Positions 1 to 7,244 of a stretch of 34,801 bases of DNA are shown here, piece by piece. The translations under genes and the position numbers were made by a program. The stretch's first letter is position 1, and each line of letters begins with the position of its first letter. The DNA is from a bacterium (lineage in GTDB: Bacteria > Patescibacteriota > Minisyncoccia > Minisyncoccales > GCA-002788555): the NCBI GenBank assembly GCA_021158595.1, contig JAGGUF010000079.1:1-34801 (forward strand). The letters are read 5' to 3'. The notes under the pieces are model-generated. The model made no database searches. It saw only the letters and a program-made list of their open reading frames with translations, and was not told where the DNA came from.

Positions 1-374
1 GGGATTATTAAAACATTGGAAATATTTCCAGTTTTGTCCATAAATGGTAAAAAGTGTCAACTTTCATCTTGCATATAACCGTTTTTAATGAAATTGAAAA
101 ATTAAATTTAGTTGAGTCTGCCCGTTGGGCCTCTGAAAGATTGAAGACTTCTGAGATATAAATCTTCTCAAATTCTTAAGAATAATGGAATATTTATGAA
201 AGTTACTCTTTCAATGTTTGTGGTTGGAAATCAGTTCTTTCAAAAGGAAAGTTTCTACTCTCTTTTCAAGAAACTCTTTTGGAAAATCCTTTGGTGGAGA
301 AATTATTTCCCCTTCTTTTTTTTAATGAAAGTTTGGATCGCCTTTTTGCTAAAGAAACCAAAGTTAAATCGAGA

Positions 375-1046
375 CTATAGCCAATTAGGGAAAAAATTGA
401 AAAAGAAAAGTAAAATTAAAAGAGAGATGGTGGGAATTGAAATGTTATCATCAATGAATTCAAGTTTTTCAAAAATTGTAGCAAAAATTGCTGCAATTAT
501 CCCTGCCCATCCCATTTTAAGACCGATCAATATACAAGTAAGAAGCATTGCTAAAGAACCTTCCCAGGCTTTAATTCTCCTTTTGTATTTTAAATTCCTG
601 ACGATTCCGGAAACACCATCTCCAAAGGACATAAAAAGAGCAGAAATTACTCCCAACCAAAAAGATTTATCAAAAAACCAGCCAATTAAAATAACAATTC
701 CCCACATCAAACAAAAGTTAACCTCGTGAATGTTTTCTTTCACTTGAAACCAATCAAAGAGTTTTCCCCTTTTGTGAGGAAAAAAGGTATAGATCGCTAA
801 TAAAATTGCTGAGAAAAAAGGCACAATTGGCTCACGAAAGAAAAATGGAATCAAAAGGGCAACAATTCCTGAAGCAAAAATATGGATGAATTTCCTTGCA
901 AAATAGGTTGCTGAATCTTTTGGATAGCCCCTTTTTAAAGCAAATCTAAAAACAAATTTTGCTAAAACCTGAACAACAAGCAAAACCCACAAAAAAAGCG
1001 GCAAAAACAAAATTAAATCATGGAAAATATCAACCTTTGTTATCAT
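375..1046 (-). CDS. Polytopic membrane protein, polyprenol (dolichol/phytol) kinase-like
   Basis: 223-aa ORF that is hydrophobic throughout (about 6 helices). The FGDGVSGIVR segment resembles the GDG-x-A-x-x-x-G motif of CTP-dependent polyprenol kinases (COG0170-type). The family call is from memory of that motif only. The overlapping plus-strand ORF 196-729 is judged antisense noise. Confidence 0.5.
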   Translation of the reverse strand: MITKVDIFHDLILFLPLFLWVLLVVQVLAKFVFRFALKRGYPKDSATYFARKFIHIFASGIVALLIPFFFREPIVPFFSAILLAIYTFFPHKRGKLFDWFQVKENIHEVNFCLMWGIVILIGWFFDKSFWLGVISALFMSFGDGVSGIVRNLKYKRRIKAWEGSLAMLLTCILIGLKMGWAGIIAAIFATIFEKLEFIDDNISIPTISLLILLFFFNFFPNWL

Positions 1047-1050
1047 AATC

Positions 1051-1338
1051 TAATAGTTGTAAAGTTTCACCACGTTGTTCACAATTAGGACAAGTTTCTC
1101 TTTAATCTTTTTGTATTTGGCTTTTGCCTTTTCCCTATATTTTTCCCTCCCCCACCTATATCCTCCCCCTCCCTAAGGGAGGAGGAGGATTGAGGAGGAT
1201 CTCCTCAATTTCCTCCTCCTTCCAGAGGGAGGGGGAGGATTAAGGTGGGGATCCCCCAAAATCCTCCCCCTCCCACAGGGAGGGGGAGGATTAAGGAGGG
1301 GGAGGGAATTCCTTATTGGTGAAACTGTACAAATAGTT
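1051..1338. mobile_element. Repeat-family copy 1: variant TIR pair enclosing three tandem G/C hairpin modules
   Basis: TIRs lie at 1051-1072 and 1317-1338 (TTGTAAAGTTTCACCA versus the reverse complement TTGTACAGTTTCACCA). Three modules at 1145-1308 each read CCTCCCCCTCCC-loop-GGGAGGGGGAGGATTAAGG. There is no ORF inside. Confidence 0.6.
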
Positions 1339-1391
1339 TTTTGGCTTTGCTCTTTGATTTTTTAAAACTCAAAAAGAGAGATTTTATAATG

Positions 1392-1479
1392 CGGCGGGAG
1401 GAGGATTCGAACCTCCGGCAGGGATAAACCCTGCACTTGTTTTCGAAACAAGCCTGTTAAACCACTCCAGCATCCCGCC
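1392..1479 (-). tRNA. tRNA-Ser (anticodon CGA), type II with long variable arm
   Basis: Folded by hand: acceptor GGCGGGA/TCCCGCC, D stem CTG/CAG, anticodon stem CTTGT/ACAAG with loop TTCGAAA. The variable arm is GCAGGG-TTTA-CCCTGC and the T arm is GGAGG-TTCGAAT-CCTCC. The discriminator is G and 3' CCA is not encoded. Confidence 0.9.
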
Positions 1480-1482
1480 TTA

Positions 1483-1558
1483 TGGCGCCGCTTAGGGGAG
1501 TCGAACCCCTGTTACATGGCTGAGAACCATGCGTCCTGAACCACTAGACGAAAGCGGC
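1483..1558 (-). tRNA. tRNA-Glu (anticodon CUC)
   Basis: Acceptor GCCGCTT/AAGCGGC, D arm GTC-TAGTGGTTCAG-GAC, anticodon stem CATGG/CCATG with loop TTCTCAG, and T arm AGGGG-TTCGACT-CCCCT. The discriminator is G and CCA is encoded. Confidence 0.9.
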
Positions 1559-1570
1559 ATTTTTAATTTT

Positions 1571-1599
1571 ATTTTACCTTCTTTGAAAAAATTTCACAA
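1571..1599 (-). promoter_or_regulatory. Candidate sigma70-type promoter for the tRNA-Glu/tRNA-Ser pair
   Basis: The minus strand reads TTGTGA, a 17-nt spacer, then TAAAAT. The -10 ends 12 nt before the tRNA-Glu 5' end. The site lies in the 3' end of the rhomboid gene. Confidence 0.3.
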
Positions 1600-2182
1600 G
1601 TAAAACTCCGAGTAAAAAACCTACAATATGAGCAGATGTTGCTATTCTCTCATCTGGAAGTAGAAACTGATAAACAAACCATATAAAAAGAAATACTATG
1701 GCAGGAATACTAACGGTAGTTAAAAAGAAGCCTAAAGGAACCAAGGTTCTTATTCTATTTCGAGGGTAAAGAACAAGATACCCTCCAAGTACTCCTGAAA
1801 CCGCTCCAGAAGCACCAATGGTAGGTATATTTATATTTGAGGTTAAAAAACAATAACTAAAATTGGCAATCAACCCACATAAAAGATAAAACACCAAAAA
1901 GCGGATTCTGCCCATTGCATGTTCCAGGTTATCTCCAAAAACCCATAAAAACCACATATTGCCAATTAAATGAAAAAAACCGCCATGCAAGAACATAGAA
2001 GAAAAGAGAGTACCAATTCGCTGACCAGCCAGAATGTTAGCAGGAACCATTCCAAAGGTCTTAATTGTTTCTTCAAGATGAGGGAATGTAAAAAGGAAAA
2101 TTATTGTATTTAAAAAAATCAATCCAATGGTAACAACTGGAGTTTTATGAAAGGAATATCCCTCATCATAAAGAGGTAACAT
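1574..2182 (-). CDS. Rhomboid family intramembrane serine protease
   Basis: 202 aa and multi-TM. It has the catalytic GASGAVSGVLGG (GxSG) motif and the HGGFFHLIGNMWFLWVFG (H-x4-H-x3-N) motif. Confidence 0.9.
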   Translation of the reverse strand: MLPLYDEGYSFHKTPVVTIGLIFLNTIIFLFTFPHLEETIKTFGMVPANILAGQRIGTLFSSMFLHGGFFHLIGNMWFLWVFGDNLEHAMGRIRFLVFYLLCGLIANFSYCFLTSNINIPTIGASGAVSGVLGGYLVLYPRNRIRTLVPLGFFLTTVSIPAIVFLFIWFVYQFLLPDERIATSAHIVGFLLGVLLVKFFQRR

Positions 2183-2229
2183 AAAGGTTTAAAATTCTAA
2201 ATTTCAAATTCTAAGTAGCGAATTCAAAT

Positions 2230-2322
2230 CCCTCCCCACCTATATCCTCCTCCCAGGTGGAGGAAGAAGATTAAGGAGGGAGTGGGAGAATATCAAAGCA
2301 TTACCAAAGTGGTTGGCAATTA
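2230..2322 (+). repeat. Repeat-family copy 2: hairpin module, linker and right terminal block; no left TIR
   Basis: The sequence is CCCTCCCCACCTATATCCTCCTCCC...GGAGGAAGAAGATTAAGGAGGGAGTGGGAG, then AATATCAAAGCA, then TTACCAAAGTGGTTGGCAATTA. The last 3 nt overlap the ctp stop codon. Confidence 0.75.
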
Positions 2323-3483
2323 AAATTTAGATAATTCTTCTATACCTCTTTCTAATTGAAGATCTTTTCCCTTTTCTATATCCTCCTTTCTTTCTAAAAT
2401 TTCTATATCTGGAGAAATTCCATTGCCCTCAATACACTTACCAGAAGGTAAAAGCCAGTGAGCAACAGTTAATTTTAAAGAAGATCCACCTTTTAAAGGA
2501 ACAAATTCCTGAACTGTGCCCTTTCCAAAACTTCTTTCACCAATTAATTTAGTATTAGAGGGATAATTCTCTTTTAAGGCCCCGGCTAAAATCTCAGAGG
2601 CAGAGGCAGAACCCTTGTTTATCAAAATAACTATTTTAAGACTTGAAAGGGTTCCTGGACCCTTTGATTTTATCTCTTTAACTTTTCCCTCCCCAAGATC
2701 TTCTTTTACAATTATTCTTCCTTTTTCAATAAAGAAATTTCCGATATCTACAGCAGCCGAGAGATAGCCTCCAGGATTGTTTCGGAGATCAAGAATGATC
2801 TTTTTTATATTTTTATTAAGAATCTCTTGGTATACCCTTTCAAATTCTGAGGGCGCATCTTCATAAAAATTGTAAAGTTGAACATAAGCAATGTCGTTTT
2901 TGAGAATAGTCAAGTCAAGGGTAGGAATATCAATTTTGGCTCTGATAATCTTCTTGTTAAAAATTTGATCTCCTCTTTTAATCTTTAAATTTACCATTGT
3001 TCCTCTTCTTCCTCTAATTTTCATTACTGCTTGGATTAAACTCATTTTTTTTGTGCTTTCACCATTTACCTCTAAAATCTTATCTCCTGGCAAAAGTCCA
3101 GCCGCTTCTGCCGGAGTACCCTTAATAGGAGAGATTATTGTAAGCACATTGTCTCGAATACCAATCTCTGCTCCAATTCCTTCATAACTTCCGGTAAGAT
3201 TTTCTTTAAATTGGGAGGTTTCTTCAGGAGAAAGAAAGTCTGAATAAGGATCACCCAGGCTATCTACCAAGCCCTGGATGGCTCCATACAGCATTTTCTC
3301 TTTATCTTTTTCGGAGAAGTTATAAAACTTGGTTTCAATCTCATGCCAGGCTTCAAAAAAGGGAGTAAAGTCTGTTCCTTTTTGAAGTTCGATATTAAGT
3401 TTCTGATTAAAGAAATATCCTGTCCAGAATCCAATTACCAAAATTAAGGTTAAGATAAAAATAAACTTCAAATCCAATTTCAT
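2320..3483 (-). CDS. ctp: S41 family carboxy-terminal processing peptidase with PDZ domain
   Basis: 387 aa with an N-terminal signal anchor. It has a PDZ-like GIGAEIG...GTPAEAAGLLPGDKILEVNG segment, an NPGGY motif, the catalytic Ser in GSASASEILAGAL, and Lys in GERSFGKGTVQ. Confidence 0.9.
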   Translation of the reverse strand: MKLDLKFIFILTLILVIGFWTGYFFNQKLNIELQKGTDFTPFFEAWHEIETKFYNFSEKDKEKMLYGAIQGLVDSLGDPYSDFLSPEETSQFKENLTGSYEGIGAEIGIRDNVLTIISPIKGTPAEAAGLLPGDKILEVNGESTKKMSLIQAVMKIRGRRGTMVNLKIKRGDQIFNKKIIRAKIDIPTLDLTILKNDIAYVQLYNFYEDAPSEFERVYQEILNKNIKKIILDLRNNPGGYLSAAVDIGNFFIEKGRIIVKEDLGEGKVKEIKSKGPGTLSSLKIVILINKGSASASEILAGALKENYPSNTKLIGERSFGKGTVQEFVPLKGGSSLKLTVAHWLLPSGKCIEGNGISPDIEILERKEDIEKGKDLQLERGIEELSKF

Positions 3484-3509
3484 AAACTTCTAATTTTCTA
3501 AATAGGTTA

Positions 3510-4481
3510 TTATTTGCTCTTTACTGTTGTTTTCTTAAAGGAACCTACAGAATCACTATTGCTTCCCGCATATTGAAATATATTTTGGCATCTTTGCTGA
3601 ATCTCTGAAAAATCCCCTCCTTTAGGTAAAAGGATATAAGCCCCGGCGCGGGTATGGGTTGAATAAAGATAGTTTGATTTATCAAAAACCATCTTGGTCA
3701 TTTTCTTGATTTTGAAAGAAGAAGCCATTTGTATCAAGTCCTTCATTTGAGAAAGGGGAAGATCTGTTTCTATATGTCTGTTCAGACTATTAAAAATCCC
3801 CCAGATCTTATCAGGCCTGGTTAAAAGTTGTAAAGAAAAAACCTTATCTTTAATAGCCTCAAGAACCTTCTGTTGGCGTCTCATTCTTCCAAAATCAGAA
3901 TCAATACTTCTTGATCCTATATAAGCCAAGGTTTCTGTTCCTGAAAGATGATTTTTCCCAGGATGAATTTTTACATAATTGCCATAAAAATCTGTGGAAA
4001 AATATCTATCCTCCCAAACATCAATTCCTCCCAGGGTATCTACTATCTCTTTAAGAGCATAAACATCTCCTTTTATTCCAAAATCAATATCAAGGCCTGT
4101 AACCTTCTCTACCACCTCCTCTGCCAACTTTAATCCTCCTCCATTGGGGTCTTTTCTCTCTCCTACCACATAGGCATAATTTATTTTTTGCTTTCCATAT
4201 CCAGGTATAGAAACCCAAAGATCACGAGGAATAGAAATTAAAGCCGCCTCTCCAGTGTCCTTTTTGTAAGAAAAAATCATTATGCTATCAGTAAGTCCTC
4301 CTAAGGGTTGTTCTCCCAAAATTAAAATATCCCATCTTTGATCCTCTTTTGGCAAGAAAGAGAAATCAGGATTTTCAACACTTATGACAGAAAAGGTATG
4401 AGCGCCTTTTAGAAAAATTACTCCTGCCAAAATAAAAAATAACCCCAAAACAAATAAAATAACCTTTTTGAGTTTATTCAT
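3510..4481 (-). CDS. LCP (LytR-CpsA-Psr) family cell-envelope glycopolymer ligase
   Basis: 323 aa with a single N-terminal TM segment. It has the LCP core TDSIMIFSY...ALISIPRDLWV...GKQKINYAY and the RMRRQQ motif. Confidence 0.85.
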   Translation of the reverse strand: MNKLKKVILFVLGLFFILAGVIFLKGAHTFSVISVENPDFSFLPKEDQRWDILILGEQPLGGLTDSIMIFSYKKDTGEAALISIPRDLWVSIPGYGKQKINYAYVVGERKDPNGGGLKLAEEVVEKVTGLDIDFGIKGDVYALKEIVDTLGGIDVWEDRYFSTDFYGNYVKIHPGKNHLSGTETLAYIGSRSIDSDFGRMRRQQKVLEAIKDKVFSLQLLTRPDKIWGIFNSLNRHIETDLPLSQMKDLIQMASSFKIKKMTKMVFDKSNYLYSTHTRAGAYILLPKGGDFSEIQQRCQNIFQYAGSNSDSVGSFKKTTVKSK

Positions 4482-4484
4482 ATG

Positions 4485-4557
4485 TGCCTCCGCCGCGACT
4501 CGAACGCGGAACCTTGGGCTTAAAAGGCCCCTACTCTACCAATTGAGTTACGGAGGC
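4485..4557 (-). tRNA. tRNA-Lys (anticodon UUU)
   Basis: Acceptor GCCTCCG/CGGAGGC, D arm ACTC-AATTGGTA-GAGT, anticodon loop CTTTTAA, and T arm CCGCG-TTCGAGT-CGCGG. The discriminator is A and CCA is not encoded. The 3' end lies 3 nt from the LCP start codon. Confidence 0.9.
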
Positions 4558-4565
4558 AGATTATT

Positions 4566-4593
4566 ATTTTACCCCAAAATAAAAAAATTTCAA
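4566..4593 (-). promoter_or_regulatory. Candidate promoter for tRNA-Lys (and probably the LCP gene)
   Basis: The minus strand reads TTGAAA, a 16-nt spacer, then TAAAAT. The -10 ends 8 nt upstream of the first base of the tRNA. Confidence 0.45.
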
Positions 4594-4620
4594 GACCGAT
4601 ATTATTGTCAGTTTTTAGTG

Positions 4621-6336
4621 TCACTTGTTAGGGGGTATTCCCAGGTAACTAAAAAGATATTGAGCAATATCATGAAAAACAGGAGCCAAAGAATCTGAAG
4701 AGAATCTTACACCATGAGGATTATCCAATTTCAAAAAAATTAAAAATTCAGGATCAAAGGCTGGAGCAAAACCCACAAAGGAATGAATGGTTCTGTCAGG
4801 AAAGTACCCTCCTCTTTTAATATCAGGAACCTGGGCAGTTCCTGTTTTACCGGCAATTAAATATCCATCCACTCCTGCCTTCTTTCCATAGCCCCTTTTT
4901 ACCACACTTACCATCATTGCCGTAAGATAAAAGGCAGTTTGGGGAGAGATAACCTGACAAAGAGTCTCTGGCTGAATCTCTTCTTCTGTTTTATCGGGAT
5001 GAATAATTTTTTTCACTACATGGGGTCTTACCATCTTGCCTTGATTAGCAATAGCAGAAAAGGCAGCGACAATTTGAATGGGGGTAACGGCAATTCCCTG
5101 ACCAAAAGAAGCATTGGCATACTCGATTTTCTTTTCTTTTGATTTTGGATACAAAATATTGGAGATACTTCCCGGAACCTCCCCTGCCAGGTCAATCCCT
5201 GTTTTTTTACCAAAACCAAATTTTTTTACATATTCTATAAACTTCTCCCTCCCTAACTTTTCCTCTACAAACACTGCTCCAGTATTTAAAGAAAGTTCAA
5301 GAACCTCAGTCATTGTTTTTTCCCCATGACTTTTAAGATCTGCATTTCTTATAATATGAGAGCCTATTCTAACCTCTCCTTTATCAATATAGGTAGTATC
5401 AGGAGCCACCACTCCTTCCTCTAAAGCACCTGCCATTGTAATAGGTTTAAAAATTGAACCTGGTTCAAAGGGAATAGAAATGGCTGGGTTTTTATAATCT
5501 TCCATCTCAAATTTGGGAAACTCATTAGGATCAAATTTAGGTTTGTTTGAAGGTCCTCTGGAAGCCATTGCCAAGATCTCTCCTGTCTTGGGATCAGAGA
5601 CAATAATGGTCCCTCCATCGGCTCCATATTTTTTAACACTTTCCTCTAACTTCCCCTCAATAAAAAACTGAATATTATAATCTAAGGTTAAGACCAGATT
5701 ATCTCCATCTATAGGATCTTGGATTTTATTAAAAGAGGAAAATATCTCCCTTCCTTTTGCATCTACTACTCCCTCTCGAAACCCATCCTTCCCTCGAAGA
5801 TTATTCTGATAATATTCCTCCAAGCCATACTGTCCCTTGTTCTCTTTGTTACAAAAGCCTACCACATGAGAAGCCATCTCTCTTTGAGGATATTCCCTTT
5901 CAAAGTTCATTTCAAAATGAACCCCTTTGATATTTTTAATCTTCTCTCCTTCTGTTGCTGGAATCTCCTTTAAAAATACCCAGGGATCTTCTTTATTTGA
6001 TACCTTCTCAAAAACCTCTTTCTCATCCATTTCAAGTAGGTTTGCTAAAATCTTTGAGGTGCTTTCAGGATCTTCTATTTCTCTGGTCGCTATGTAAACC
6101 TTCCTTGTGCCTTTATTCTCTGCCAAAGGAATTTGTCCATCTGAGAAAGAAATAGTCCCTCTCTTTGCTAAAAGTTTAGACTTTCTGATATGTTGTGAAT
6201 CAGCCAATTTTTTATACTCATCATGCTTTATTATCTGAATGTAAAATAAGCGACCTACAATAGTCGCTGCTAATACAAAAAACAAAAAAATTAAAAAAGA
6301 AATGCGAAAATTATTAGAACTCATCCTTGAAAGCAT
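4621..6336 (-). CDS. ftsI: Class B penicillin-binding protein (FtsI/PBP2-type transpeptidase)
   Basis: 571 aa with an N-terminal TM anchor. It has SIFK (SxxK), SLN (SxN) and KTGTA (KTG) motifs and sits in mraZ/ftsL context. The start could instead be the second ATG, 12 nt downstream. Confidence 0.9.
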   Translation of the reverse strand: MLSRMSSNNFRISFLIFLFFVLAATIVGRLFYIQIIKHDEYKKLADSQHIRKSKLLAKRGTISFSDGQIPLAENKGTRKVYIATREIEDPESTSKILANLLEMDEKEVFEKVSNKEDPWVFLKEIPATEGEKIKNIKGVHFEMNFEREYPQREMASHVVGFCNKENKGQYGLEEYYQNNLRGKDGFREGVVDAKGREIFSSFNKIQDPIDGDNLVLTLDYNIQFFIEGKLEESVKKYGADGGTIIVSDPKTGEILAMASRGPSNKPKFDPNEFPKFEMEDYKNPAISIPFEPGSIFKPITMAGALEEGVVAPDTTYIDKGEVRIGSHIIRNADLKSHGEKTMTEVLELSLNTGAVFVEEKLGREKFIEYVKKFGFGKKTGIDLAGEVPGSISNILYPKSKEKKIEYANASFGQGIAVTPIQIVAAFSAIANQGKMVRPHVVKKIIHPDKTEEEIQPETLCQVISPQTAFYLTAMMVSVVKRGYGKKAGVDGYLIAGKTGTAQVPDIKRGGYFPDRTIHSFVGFAPAFDPEFLIFLKLDNPHGVRFSSDSLAPVFHDIAQYLFSYLGIPPNK

Positions 6337-6410
6337 CCCCCCTTCCCTCTGGAAAGAGGATTAAGGAGAGGGAGGAAGAATATCAGAGCCTTAAAGTAGT
6401 TGGCAATTAT
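6337..6410 (+). repeat. Repeat-family copy 3: truncated hairpin, linker and right terminal block
   Basis: The sequence is CCCCCCTTCCCTCTGGAAAGAGGATTAAGGAGAGGGAGG, then AAGAATATCAGAGCC, then TTAAAGTAGTTGGCAATTAT. It fills almost the whole ftsL-ftsI spacer and begins at the base after the ftsI ATG. Confidence 0.75.
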
Positions 6411-6413
6411 GTC

Positions 6414-6788
6414 TTATTTATTACCAAGGGCAGTAGATGAAGAGTAGTCTCCCTTAAGATATCTTACATCATTTGCCCTTACTAATTTTAGTTCCTTGGC
6501 TGCCTCCTGAAGTTTATCCAAAGAGGTAAATTCTTTAATCTGGGAATTAAGTCTTTCTATATCCTGCTCTAATTTTATCAATTCCTTTTCTTTGTCTCTC
6601 AAATCAAAATTTATCTCTACCATTTTTAGATTAAGATATAAATAAGAAAAAAAACAGAGAATAATCAAAAAGGAAACAAAAAATACAGGAAGATGACATC
6701 TGCCTTCTTTCCTTTTCAAAATTCTTCGGGTCTTAACCCTTTTTTTAGAGTAAGTTATTGAAGAAGTAACAGATAAAGCCTGGGGCAT
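6414..6788 (-). CDS. FtsL-like small bitopic division protein
   Basis: 124 aa with a basic N-terminus, one TM segment (VFFVSFLIILCFFSYLYLNL) and then a coiled-coil-like segment. Its position between mraZ and ftsI supports the call. No sequence motif is diagnostic. Confidence 0.5.
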   Translation of the reverse strand: MPQALSVTSSITYSKKRVKTRRILKRKEGRCHLPVFFVSFLIILCFFSYLYLNLKMVEINFDLRDKEKELIKLEQDIERLNSQIKEFTSLDKLQEAAKELKLVRANDVRYLKGDYSSSTALGNK

Positions 6789-6803
6789 AAGAAAGTATTT
6801 GGG

Positions 6804-7235
6804 TTATACTCCTAACTGACTTAACCTCTCTGCCATATTTCCTACCTCTCTTTCTGATTTCTTCTGATATTCCTCCCATCTTTTATCATTCCAAAGTTCA
6901 ATGTGGTTATATAGACCTACTATTACTACTCTTTTTTTAAGATCGGCATATTTTTTTAAATAGTCTGGAATCAAAATCCTTCCTAAATTATCAAGGGTTA
7001 CCTCCATTGCTCCAGAAAGCATAATTCGCTGAAAACCTCGGGCATCGGCTCGACCCAAAGGAAGTTTTCCTAATTTCTCTGCCAACTTTTTCCACTCTCT
7101 TTCGGGATATAAGAATAGGCATCCATCAAGACCTCGCGTGATAATTACCTTCTTCTTGAGTTGTTGACGAAACTTGGCTGGTATAGACAACCGTTTCTTT
7201 TCATCTAATGAATATTGGTATTCACCTATAAACAC
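6804..7235 (-). CDS. mraZ: Transcriptional regulator MraZ
   Basis: 143 aa with a GTG start. The N-terminus (M)FIGEYQYSLDEKKRLSIPAKFRQ matches the canonical MraZ MF-G-EY...D-KGR...P-FR pattern. A second SpoVT/AbrB-like repeat is present (LDNLGRILIPDYLKKY). Confidence 0.9.
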   Translation of the reverse strand: MFIGEYQYSLDEKKRLSIPAKFRQQLKKKVIITRGLDGCLFLYPEREWKKLAEKLGKLPLGRADARGFQRIMLSGAMEVTLDNLGRILIPDYLKKYADLKKRVVIVGLYNHIELWNDKRWEEYQKKSEREVGNMAERLSQLGV

Positions 7236-7244
7236 AGTTCCATT

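Noticed and set aside
196-729. 177-aa plus-strand ORF from the track
   Set aside because: Two thirds of it lies antisense to the well-supported polytopic membrane gene 375-1046. Its translation is low-complexity (Phe/Lys/Ile-rich), as expected from the reverse strand of an AT-rich membrane gene. It has no motif and no SD.
4468-4698. 76-aa plus-strand ORF from the track
   Set aside because: It runs antisense across tRNA-Lys (4485-4557) and into the 3' end of ftsI, so it is incompatible with two well-supported features.
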